From Camelus ferus (Eukaryota): a DNA stretch of 64,000 bases. Positions 25,347-37,690 of this stretch are shown one piece after another. The notes under the pieces were generated by a model. It searched no databases and had not been told where the DNA came from. It saw nothing but the letters and a program-made list of their open reading frames with translations. The stretch is taken from positions 21,700,001-21,764,000 of the forward strand of contig NC_045712.1 of the NCBI RefSeq assembly GCF_009834535.1, in the 5' to 3' direction. Position 1 is the stretch's first letter, and each line of letters starts with the position of its first letter. A program made the position numbers and the translations under genes.

Positions 25347-26814
25347 TTTTGCCCAGGCCACACTGATTGGTTTGTTAATTAGCACATGATTCAAAATCAG
25401 CTATTTGGGGATTCTTCCTTTTTCCCATCTGGAGCAAATGGAAAAACTCTACTGTTCTTTGTGTGTGGTTACAGGAATGCAAGCCTGACAGCCATGTTCC
25501 CTCCTCACAGAGAAGCAATTGAGAAAATAAAGTCAACCCAGAGAGATGAGGAGAGATGAGTGTGTGTGTGTGATGAGGCAAAAACAGAGGGAGGGGCAGA
25601 CAGGGAGAGGAAATGAGAAAGGGGGAGAGGGAGGGAGGGTCCCAGTCCTGGATGCCTTCATCTCTAAGGTCAACTCCATCTGTGCTTTTTTCTATTGGGT
25701 TAGTTGAGGCAATACGTTTTTCCCTCTTTGCCCAAATGGACATGGATTGGATATGAGACTCTTAGAAGTGTCCCAACTCACACAGGTGCCAGTGTTGGCC
25801 ACAAATGATCTAGGTAGCTCGAGATACCCATGGGGGTGGTTCCAAGTGCCATGTACCACCAACAAAGAGGGGACATTTTTGAGGCCAGAAAGGCCAAAGG
25901 GAAAGTGGTATCCCCAAAGTACCCAATACTAAATGGCAATACATAGTACTTTGGGGAAATGACAACTCCTTACAATGGTATACAAAGCTGTTGTCATTAG
26001 GATTTTGTGTAAAGCCTTCACAATAAATAGGAATTTGGCTTCTTTGAAAAAAAGAGCCTGAACAAGAAGTCACAGAGCCAAAGTCTGCTTTGGGCTACAC
26101 CAGGACAGAGATGTAAGAACCTGCAGGAAACAAGGACAGGAAGGCAGACAGGCTGCAGGCATTGCCAGGGCCCATGCAGGCCCCTGCAGACTGGAACCAG
26201 TTGTGGCTACAGTGCTGCCTGGGCAGCTCCCACCTTTGAAGGACATCTGTTATGTTGCCTTATTTCATATCTCCATTCAGACGAAGCTTGCCAGGGCCAG
26301 TGGCAGAACCTTCTTTTTCTACAGCTGGAGGCCCTTGTGGGTGAGTGCCAAGCCCCAGAGAAAGGAGGCAAGCAGGATTCCTGGCCTTGAGAAGGCATCT
26401 GAGTGAGTTAAGGGCAGCAGGCTCGGCAGCCCACTTGAGGGCTGCCAGGTGGTTTTCAGCAGTCTCCTGCCAGATCTGCTCAGTCCTGGAGGCCTGGACT
26501 CACAAAGAAGATTGTGCACAAATGGGGAGCTCAGCTTGGGAAGAGACTGGCTCTAAGCCAATAACAAAGGCCAACTCACTAACTCTCTGCAGATAGCAAT
26601 TTCTTCTATACTTTGCTCCTCCTACGTATGTTTTTCTTTTCTTATTAAAGTTGATCAGTATATTGACTATGTTAATAGCGTATATCATATAAATGTATAC
26701 CATAATACATAAATTTATGTATTTGTATGTAATTTGTGAGTATACAGATGCAATTCTTCCATGTCTTCCTTCCAATACCTGGGATGAACACTAACTAGCA
26801 CTCCAGGAAAAGAC

Positions 26815-26836
26815 ACTGCCACCATCTAGTGGCAGT
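26815..26836 (-). promoter_or_regulatory. Candidate CTCF motif inside an 8-bp-arm palindrome
   Basis: The sequence is ACTGCCAC-catcta-GTGGCAGT; the minus strand contains CCACTAGATGGTGG (one mismatch to the core). Confidence 0.4.
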
Positions 26837-29744
26837 CATGGTGAATTGCAGGCACAAGGTCCTGGAAGAGAAGCCTTTTCCAGAGCCAATAAAAATACAT
26901 TTAAATTATAGCCAATGTCAGTTAGTTTCCTACCCAATCAGAACAAACATAGGTGATATCAATTATTCGTATTTCAATAACCTTTGCCTTGCAGGAAAAT
27001 AACAGTACTAGGAGGTGGAAAATCACAGCTGCATTACATTTTTAAATATCAGATGAAATATTTTGAAAGGAGAACATTAATTCTTCAAAGTGTTCAGGAT
27101 CTGAGAATGTGATAAGGGAGTGTAGGAAAAGGAGGATTCTTTCACACCCACTTTCTCAAAATGCAGCTTGAACAGAGGGAAGCCAACTCCTTGGCATTTT
27201 CTCCTTCCTACATGAGATCTAGTTTACCAATGACTGGGAATCCCTAAGGGCCATTCTCTGGGTAGCACATGATGAGGGGCTACAGGATGGGAATAGATGG
27301 CACCTACATTCTCCAGTTGTCATGACGAGAGGAGAACTGGACAGCAGAAAGTCATCAAAATAACACTCTGTACAAATTAGTTATGAGCACCAGGGAGAAT
27401 AGCAGGGTAACACAGATCTGGAAAAGGGGACATAAGCAGAGTATGTGGCTACATAGAAACCCTCCAACTGAAAACATCTCTGGCCCTTCCTTCTTATTCC
27501 CAGACCAAAAAACAAAACGCTCTATACCTAGCCTTTTTCAACGCTTGTCTACTACCCCTCCCCCAAATCTTCCACCATCACAACATCCATTATTCTCAAT
27601 ACTGGCCAGAAATATTATGGCAAGAATCTAGTAAGAACCAAACTCAATGACCTGTCTTAACTTTTTGTACTGGGTGTATGCAGGAGGACCTTTTCTCTGG
27701 AGACACATCTTCTGGTGACAGCATAGACACTTTCCAGAGAAAGAACACAGGTGAAACATGGAAACTAAATCTTATTGGTGCATTTTATGCTTGAAAAGAG
27801 ACAATGTACCAACATTGTCTGCTTGGCTAATGTTAACATGATCTGATTCTGGCTGTGACTCTTACTCTCATGTTATTTAGATTGCCACAGCTATCAGTGA
27901 TAATCATGAAATTTGCTGACTGTTTTAATAGTGGCTAGTTAAAAATGAGAGGCTTTATACACACATATGCACATTTAAAATTCATTTACTCAGTAATCTA
28001 TGAAGTCATTTTGAAATGAGAAGGAAAGCAAGAATAGCTTGCTTCAATGATAGAACCGAAAGATTCCTACGTCGCCATTGGCTCTGTGTGTGTGCATGCG
28101 TGTATCTTTGATTAAGTGATTTTTGTATTTGTCTATTTTCTGTATAATTGAAAATTTTAATAATAAGAACATCCCCACAAATTCTCACTTACAGAAAACA
28201 TTTTATAAACAAAACCACATAAAAGCATGTGCTTGCAATGAATATTAATGCCTTAAAAATAAATAAATAACAATAATAATCCTATGTTTAAAATCCCTTT
28301 TTTGCACAAAGATCAAAATAGTCCTTTAAACAATCCATGGTAACACATTGACATGAAAATGCTATCAGAATAAAAAGTTTTTATATTCTGGGTAAAACAT
28401 ATTATATTTGATTATCAGTATTTTGGATGTTCTTCATAAGAAGAGATTTAGAAAAAGCAAGCATTATTATTTTTAATTGAAGGGCTGATTCTTTCAATGT
28501 AAGCAGTATGAATTATCTACCTTTTACAATACTACTCAGATGAACTGCTTTTCTTTTAAAATGTAGACAAATTAAGGACACAAGCAATTGTGTAGATTCT
28601 CATTCTGCACTGGCATTTTTTCAATATTTTTGCAAGATGCCTGAATCCTGAATAATTTAAGGCACTAACAAAGTAGCAGTGTAGAGTAATAATAAGAAAG
28701 AAGAATAAATAAACCTTCCAAATAACATTTCCCCCTTGCTTTGCATTTGATTGTCTTGGTAAAGCATCATCACTCAGTCCTTGAGAATACCACATAAATG
28801 ACATCTTGCTTTTAGCTAAGACTTTTCCTTTCTTACTGAATCATTATTACTTGCATCTGCGATGTGGAGATCCTGAATTCTTATGAGATTCACTGTATTT
28901 TAAGTTGCATTCTAAATATAAAAGTAAACAGATTTCCCTCTTTCAACTTTAATTGTATCTTGTATGAACTAAATTGTTGAATTTATTTGTTCTTTATATC
29001 TCTTTTTAACAATCTGAAGACAACTTTGTGAATGATAATGCTGGATGATAATGGAACATCTGTATGAGAATCTCAAAATAACTTTCTTCTAATAATTTTT
29101 ACTATTCAGGAAAATTGTTATGTTGTTTCTTTTTTTCCCAGTGTTTCAGAGATACAAGTCATTAAGCAGGGAATACATTTTATAAGTAAACATCTAGACA
29201 GATGGAGGATGCTGTCTTTGACCAAGGACACATATATAAGCAAATGCACGGACAAGAGAATAGTACTGATTAACATATCTAAAAGCTGTTTCTTAAGGAA
29301 CTGCTTTATTTATTTATCAGGTTACAACACGTTTATTTCAGGAGTACCTCCAAATAAGAACAATAGGAATTATCATGGGGCACTCGATTTTGGCCAATAT
29401 TCATGATGAGCTATGACATAACTGACCCCCCCACTGTGGCCAAAGATTTATATTTTCATAAACATGGTTTAGACACCTCCCAAAGAGATGCCTGAAGACA
29501 CAGCCAACTGACGGGGCTTCGGGGCCCTGGGACAAAAATCTTCCCCTTGTTTAAAGACCCCCTGAAATGCTGCTTCCTCCATAAAACCTTCCCTAACAAA
29601 GTGGAAATAGAAACCAGATGTTCTCAAACTTCACTACAAAGATAATCGTATTTACTCTACAACCTAAGATACAATCTAGGACCAAATTTGTGCAAACGGT
29701 TAATACAGCAAAGTCACTGAATACTATGGCTGGAAGAAAGCTGG

Positions 29745-29860
29745 GAATTCTGTAGAGCCTGTGAACTCTGAGGGCAGGAGTTGGGAATGATTCCTCTTCT
29801 ATCCACAGCATTAGTATACAGCCTAGTACGTAAGAAATGCTCAGCAAATGATCCTTGAAT
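29745..29860 (+). mobile_element. LINE-2 3' end
   Basis: gaactctgagggcagg...cagcctagtacgtaagaaatgctcagcaaatgatccttgaatgaat. Confidence 0.7.
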
Positions 29861-30364
29861 GAATTTATTTTAATCCTGTCCTTTTATTTACTTTATAAAT
29901 GAGTCCCAGGCAAGAAAAGGAGTCACAGACAATTGGTACCAGAATTCGGACAGAATTCTAGGGTTAGCACTGTCCATTTCAATTGTGCAGCCTCTGTTTG
30001 CTCTTGGTTCCTTCACTTTGCCTCTTTCTTTGTGTGTCCTGACTGTGCCAGTACAAACCTAGATTGTAACAAGGGCATGAGAAGCTGCTACCTATGTGCT
30101 GCTGCTGCTGACAGGGGCAAAATGTTCATAATGTTACAGAAGTAAAGGGAAATGACTTGAAAAAAAAAAAAAAAACAGCACAGCCTAGTTGAACACTGTG
30201 ACTTCCTTGGAAAGCAACACAGAGAGGAAAAATGAGCTACAGAAGTAAATAGGCCTGAATCATCCCAGGACAGGTTATTCAAACTTGCTGAGTCATCTTT
30301 ATGTATCCATCCTTCCACTCATCCATCCTTTCTCCTATCTACCCATCCACCCTTCCACCCCTCC

Positions 30365-30590
30365 ATATTCTATTTCCAAACATGTCTTGCTGTTACCAAA
30401 CATTGTTTTAAACATTTTACATCAATATATCCTTAAATTTAACACTGTAAAGTGTCTATGCCCGTCTCACAGATGAAGACATTGAAGATAAAGGGGCAAA
30501 GTACCTTGCTCTAGGCCACAGAAGGCAGCAGGATAGGGGTTTGAGCCTTAGCCCCCTGACACTGGCTGCCCTGTCCAAATCACTCTACCC
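30365..30590 (-). mobile_element. MIR
   Basis: cccgtctcacagatgaagacattgaag...gtaccttgctctaggccacag. Confidence 0.7.
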
Positions 30591-33500
30591 TCAGCCTCCT
30601 GTTTAGGGAGGCAGTTACAAAGACAAATGTCGTATTTTTGTCCTAACGATTTGGAGTATGGTAAAAGAGGTTACCAAGCAAAGTATCCCTAAACTAGGAA
30701 TATCCTCAAGAATTTAGCGGGGGGGATTAAATACAATTGTAGATTTAAATCACCTGGTACACTGCCTGGCGCATCTATCAAGTGCAACTGATCTCATAAA
30801 GACCATTCTAGGCTAGGGAGAGAAGTTCAAAATCTTCTTTGAAATCCACCCACTGCTCTACCATATTTGAACTTCATCCATCTCTGCATTTGAATTATAT
30901 ATACAAAATAGAAAAACACTTCTCCTTTATTCCATGATAAAAATAATATGCTTTAGAAAGCAGTTGTTGGTGGTGATAATTGTAAATATTAAAGAAGATT
31001 GGGAAGGGTGCACATTGGGAAGGAAACTGTTCGGGAAGAAAGGGATCGGGAAAGAAGGGACTGACACTTCTAAGCACCCAGCCAAATCATCTAATGTGTC
31101 CCAGGCCTGGGCAAACATGGATGGGTCCAATCCAAGCGTACAGGGCTCATGATTCAGCAAGTGGTTCAATTCCATGAGTCATTTCTGGAAAAAGAAAGTC
31201 CATACCATGGCATTAGTCCTTTGCCTGACATTTTTTTACCTCATGAAACTAGGCTGGGTTTTCAAAATCCTTCCAGTTAATTTGAAGGGATAAACATCTA
31301 ACTTTCTGTCTTTCGACTTCTCAGTAGTTTTGCTGTACATGATTGCACAACTGCTCCAGTTTACCCCAGAGGGTCATTCCAGTTGAATCCTTTGGCGTGA
31401 GATATCTGGAAGCTTTCACAGAGCCATCCCTCCAGCTCTCATGGAACTGGACTACATTTGGGTTTGTAATGAATATATTTCCATTAATTGGGGGTCTGAC
31501 CAGTGAATAAGGTGACTGGAAAAGGGATCAGGCAGCTGAGCTATGACCAGACCAACAAATATATGAATTTAGTATGAAAAACTGAAAAGGCAGTTGATTT
31601 ATTAAAATGACTAACTTTCCAATTTTAATGTGCAGAAACAATACAGGTAGGGAAATTCTGCTGATGAAAATTAGAATTGTTTGTATTAAAAAATTCTGCC
31701 AAAAAAAGTAAAGAAAGGCAAGGCTATGCCTATGAGTGTATAGTGTTTAAGTGTGTGTTTTCTCTTGAGTAACTCATAGCATTTACCTACTACATCTGCC
31801 ACTGAGGAAATCCCCTACTGTGAGGACCTATATACAGATTAAAATCACTGATGGTGATTTGTCATTGATCTGATATAGATTTGACATCGATTTATATTTT
31901 GACATAGATTCGGTTTTCAAATTAGTCATTGAATTGTATTGATTTTGTTTAGTCCTATGTTGAAATGGTGTTCACTGTGTGTGCTCTCTTCCTCTCTCCT
32001 TTGAACTAATGGAAACATTATAACATAATCAGGAAAAAATGTATTTCTGGCTCAAGTTTACACATTCTACGTCACCTAATTCTTTCCTTCATTAAGCTAT
32101 TCCATGCAGCTGTCCTTTAAATGATACTCTTTTCTGGTATCTTGACCAATAAGGTGTAGATTCATATACTGGTTTTTCAGGAAACACATCTAGTGTGTCA
32201 AGTGATGGATACAGGTGTTCTGAATCTACCAATAAATACAGAGGAGACCTCAAAATGGTAATCCAATTTTTTGAGTTCAATATTGCCTTAGGATCAATAC
32301 GAATGACCTACAGAATTGTATCTAGAAGCAAGGAAACCAGAACATCAGTGCCATGTCCTCTTCAATTCTGTCCCAGGCTTGATATGGGTTATGCTGACAT
32401 TAATACCACAATATCCCCATTTGTTAGGCTTTTTGAACAAACTTTTCTCAATCCTCTGCCTTCCTTTCTACATAGAAAGAAGAAGGATTTATAGATTTCT
32501 TGGGGGGGGGGGTCATGTAAGAACAACTGTAATGAAAACAAGTTTTTAAAATTCAGTTGGTTTTTATTCAGATGTTTCTTTGACTTTCAAAAGAAAAGGG
32601 AGTTTCATTTTAGTAATGTTATGAGTAGAGTTTGTATTGTTCTTACATCTCAAAAGAGTCATATTTTATAGTTGTGCTTGATTTAAATAAATAGTAGAAT
32701 GCATTCACATCTTAAATAAATGAGAAGTTTTAAAAGAAGAGTTTAAATTTCTAAGACATTAAAAAGTAAGTCTGGGACTAGAAAGCATTGACCTGTTAGG
32801 AATTTATCAATTCATGGTTTCCAACTTTACAAATACTAGTCCTATTTTTGGAAGAACACCAGATTACATCAGTGTTTCAAAACCATTTTGCTTTATCTGC
32901 ATTAGCAGTGTCTCTATTAAACAAGGAATAATGGACCGGCATTATCTATAGTATTATGGCTCCTGCCACAGCCACCACCACCTTGAGTTAAGCAATCAGT
33001 GTGGGTGGGCCCTGGCAAGTGCTACTCCTACTTCTCAGGAAAGTCCTGTGAGGGGGATGTGTGCACCCTATATGACAATAAGGAAACCTGGGCTCATGGT
33101 CCTGGGCCCAAGGTTTCAAGGGATAGCTCACAGGGCTGGGCCTCAACTCCACCTTCAGCCAACCTTGAAGTTGGTCCTCAGAACTACTGAGCTTTCCTAC
33201 CTCTACCACAAGAATGCAATAGCCCCATTGTGTCACACAAGCACCATAAAGGGCTGGACAGTGCAACAACAGCACTCTCCATGTAGCAACTTGGGTGACT
33301 GTCATTCTCATCAGCTCCAATTTTCCCATTTTTAAGCCCAGGTAGCCCCTTCCTTCCATCCAGTCCTGCACTGAGGTGTGGGTAGGATAGGCAACACCTC
33401 CAACTGAGGTGCATGTGGGGTGGGTGACCTCCAGCGTTTCACCACACAACTACTATTTTCATGGATTTCCCAAACTCAGATTAATATCATTCAAAGCATC

Positions 33501-33789
33501 CGACAGCAGACAAGGCCTTTGACTAAAGATCAAAAATGACCTCTCTTCTGGTAGGAAATAAAGATTATTGATAAACAAAGGTACTTTTTAGATTTGTCTC
33601 ATGCAAGACAACCCATCATTTACAAACCATCATCCTTCTGATTAGAGCTCTCTGTACCAAGTATCAGTGTAATTATATGCGTGTTTTCACAAGAGTTTGA
33701 GTTTCCCACTTTTTGTTTGTTTCTGAGGGGAGTTGGGCTCAGCTGACAATTGTTAGACTAACCCTTGTTAGTTTACTCCATTTACTGTT

Positions 33790-34390
33790 TTATAAGTATA
33801 CATTTAGTTCATCACTATTATAAAAATAATATGTGCTCATTGCACAGGATTTGAAAAATACAGAAATATATTAAGAATAATACAAAATAAATACTTTTCT
33901 CCTACCATGAGGGAATATCCACTATTAAACACACCCATGCACTTCTTTTTTTTTAATATTGTTTTGTACATGTTTGTATGTTTACACACACATACACATA
34001 CACACAATAGGACCATAATATACATAAAATACCAAATTTTGATTTTAAAATTAATATTTTTTTTATATTTTTAAATCTCTTTTTGACTTATAATTTTGAA
34101 ATAGATAGACCCTAATAATCTATCTTTTAGAACTTCTGTAACTTTTGCAACCACGTTTCTATTTCTTGGTATTTTGGCACTTCTTTTCCTCATTATAAAA
34201 GAAATTGCAAGCTATTAACCAATTAAGGCTAGATTCTCCAAAAGAGGATTATTGGGTCATAGCATGCAAATGTGAAAGTTCTCGATATGCTAGCAATGTT
34301 AAAGGCTTTTACTAATTTTCATGCTCAACAGCATAAAAGCTGAAAAACAAAAACAAAAACAAAACCTTTCATTTTTTCATAATGATATTG
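33790..34390 (-). mobile_element. Old L1M (L1ME/MC-like) 3'UTR fragment
   Basis: ggattattgggtcatagcatgcaaatg...gatatgctagcaatg...ctaattttcatgctcaacagcat and gctcattgcacaggatttgaaaaatacaga. Confidence 0.55.
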
Positions 34391-37300
34391 AATCTCTGTT
34401 GTTACCTTGCTTTTTTCCTTATTATAAAATAGTACATAAATGCTACAAAAGTTCAAATATATATGAAAATGGGTACAACCTGAACATTTTTTCCAGATAC
34501 ATCAGCAGGCATACATTATGAGGCTGTTTAACATTAACAAATTATTTCTTTCAAATAAGAAATGCAAATAGCATCCTGCTTCCAAAATGGAGCTCCATTG
34601 TCCCTCATCAGCCCACATGGGGCTTCAGCTGGAGCCCCTGTGCACTGTTTTGCTGGCCATCCTGCCATCAGTCATGTACTTTGAATCTGAGGGTCTTGCA
34701 ATCATTTATTTATGATCCCAAACACACATCCGAACAGGGCCAATAGGAAAGGGGTTGACCAAGACTCACATGGTATGAATCTTACAAAGTCACCTCCTTC
34801 CTGAGCAGCAGGGCAGCTTCTCTGGACTGCCACAGATGAACTCATATGGAACTACAGCAAAGAACAAAATGTTTGGTTCTGTGACCATCATGACGGTTGA
34901 ACGATATGTGGTAACTCAAATTTCCACAGAATCCATCACACTGGCCATGGGAAGAGCTGAAGTGACTGGATTTGCTCTAGTTTCTGTCTCCCTTGCCTTA
35001 TTCACAAAATAAATCTAGTAATTTAAGCCATAGACCATTGTGCTGCTATCATCTTTCCAACTCTGAGGATAATCAATCTTAACAGCTCCAGCTTGGGAAT
35101 GCATATAAAAGATGCCTGTATATTTTCCTATAAAACAGTAAATGATGAGGAGGAAAACAGGGTTATCAAAACAAAGTATAATAGTTTACACACAGAACAA
35201 GTAAAGGTAAAAGCAAGTGAGTCATAAACCAGAACCAAATATAAATAGTTATCACCTCTCCATTTTGCACTTCATTTGCATCAATTTAGCTGGTTATGTA
35301 ACTATAATGAAACACTAAAATCACTAGACCTACAGTTCTCTGAAAACAGCAGCTTTGCAAACTTTCAATTTTCTATTTTCAATGACAGTTAATTCAACAT
35401 TTCAAAGTATAGAAGTTAAATGAGGCGAGGAATGATAAATGATGCCCTACAATTGCTGAAATCTGATTACACTGAGATAAGAGCTAGCCAACTTCTACTT
35501 GCATGAATTTATACCTAAAGAACAACACAAATGAAAGGAAGAAAGGAAAGGAAAGGAAAGTCTTTAGATAAATGAATGCTAGCATTTATTCCTCCTAAAT
35601 ATAAACAAGGAAACAAAGAAAATGCAAATGGATTCAGGGTCCCATTTACACTGTGCGGAGGGAATTAATAAAACTGTTCCATCCTGAAAGAAAACCCCCA
35701 AATCAACCCTCATTTAAGGAGCTAATTTATGCACTCCTGAGTCCTCATACAAGTTAAGCAGCACAGAATATCACAGCAGGCATAGAACAACAGATCTCAA
35801 ACCCTGCTGTGTTTGTTCAAGAAGGCAAGTTAAGCTATTCCTAACAGGAAACAAAACACACGGTCTGGCTATTAAACAGGGATCGTTTCGCCATACTGTG
35901 CAGCCCTGAATCCATCAATTGCTGTTCCAAACAGGATTAGAGATGTGGTTTTCTTTAACTATGGTTTTGAGAAAAATGCTTATGCCTGCTTAGAATTTTC
36001 AGGCTGATATTAACTAATATAGTGCCAGGCAAGACAAAGAGTACCTCCGAAACCTTCAAGAAACTATCTTTACAAACGCCAAAGTTGTGTGAATGCACGC
36101 ACAAATTGAAGCAGAAGGGAGTACCCATGTGTGGAAAAGTTAACCATGTAAATAGCCAAATTTGGAATTTCCCAAAGAGTATTTTTGCATTTAAGTATTC
36201 AAGTCTCCATGCTACAGTGATTAAATTAATCACACAGTAAACAACTGATGTTCAGTTCCTTTAGATAGAACCTACTTGGATGAATATGCAGCTTGAAAAA
36301 TGGGCAATTTTTGCCATGTGTGACTACTGAACATACATTTGCAAATGTGTATTTTTAGGGGTAATGCTATTATTATTATAAAGTGGAATCTCCAAGATAT
36401 TTTTTGTAGAAGTCAAGAAGTACCATGTAAGGAGAAAAAAGGTAAAACTTTCTTACATATGTACCTCTCTTCATGGTTGAACTCAAGAACAATCAATCTA
36501 ATGCAGAAAGTGATTCAATTTTCACTAAAAAGAACAGATTTGTGATGACTTAAAGGCATCAGGTCTGTATTGCTACATGGATTTTTTTAACCAAGACTTC
36601 AGGACATTGCTTAAGTATTTGGTGAAAATATTTATTTGGTCAAGAGTATAACCAGTTAGCACTACCCCATCTTTATATCAGGAATGGAAATTCATAGACT
36701 CTAGAAATTATCTCAGAAGTGGTTAAGAATCACAGGACAAACAAAACAAAACATTTTTTTTCACAAATCGTTGTCCTAGAAAAATAGCCATAAGGGCTAG
36801 AAGAGCAGTTTTGGAAGACCTTCAAAATGTTAGAATCCTAAAAATGAAAACTTATAGACAACAATCATTAATGACTGATACACATAAGAGCGATACTCAA
36901 ATAGGACATTTTTAGTTGTAGATCAGCCAAGAGATTAAAATAAGCATGTTTACAGAGTCATAACTATTTAAAATATTTATAGAGAAAACAGTTACAGATG
37001 ATACATAGCGATTCCAACAAAAACACAGCGCAAATGCAGACACCATATGGTCCAATGTATGCACTCATGATCTCATGTGAAAAACAGGCCAAAGGCAGAG
37101 CAGCTGGAGATGTCTCCCTTTTACCCCCAGAACAACAAACTCGTGCGTTTGGAAGGGACTCATTATAATTATGTCCATGGATGGGTGAAATCTATGGGCA
37201 ATGACAAAGGCTTTGGGAAGAACAATTGTTTCTGAAAGCCTTTTGCTTTGTTGGGGTTTCAAGTCCAACCTTCATTTCTTTCTGACTCCACATAGAAGGT

Positions 37301-37489
37301 ACAGGTGGATGATGCACAGAGTTTTTACTGAAACAGGAGGAGTGTCACATTTCTTCTGGGCTATTTTGTCAAATCGTGATTATTAATTAGGCTTAAGTCA
37401 GGACCACAAAACACCATGGAAGTCCCAGACTACCATATCATGTCTGACTGCTGTCTTTAGAGCCTCAGGGGCCAAGCTAAGTCAATGGT

Positions 37490-37690
37490 AATAGGAACTC
37501 TAAATTTTATGAGTGTCCAGCATATGTTAGGCTCTATGCTAGGTGCAAGTGAGAGAAATGACTCTCATGACAAAACTGGAAAGTCGGTCTCTCATTCTTG
37601 TTAAATAAACAAGAATCTTTAGGCTTAAAGAGGTTAAGAGACTTGCTCAGGGTCACAAGCGGATAAAGGCTGGAATGGAACCCATCATAT
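37490..37690 (-). mobile_element. MIR
   Basis: ggcttaaagaggttaagagacttgctcagggtcacaag. Confidence 0.75.

Noticed and set aside
24906-25382. 158-aa ORF, the longest in the track, with a THTY-rich tail
   Set aside because: Its length comes from reading through the stop-poor CA/TA microsatellite.
32988-33449. 153-aa minus-strand ORF and overlapping ORFs
   Set aside because: No homology I recognise; overlaps degraded MIR-like sequence.
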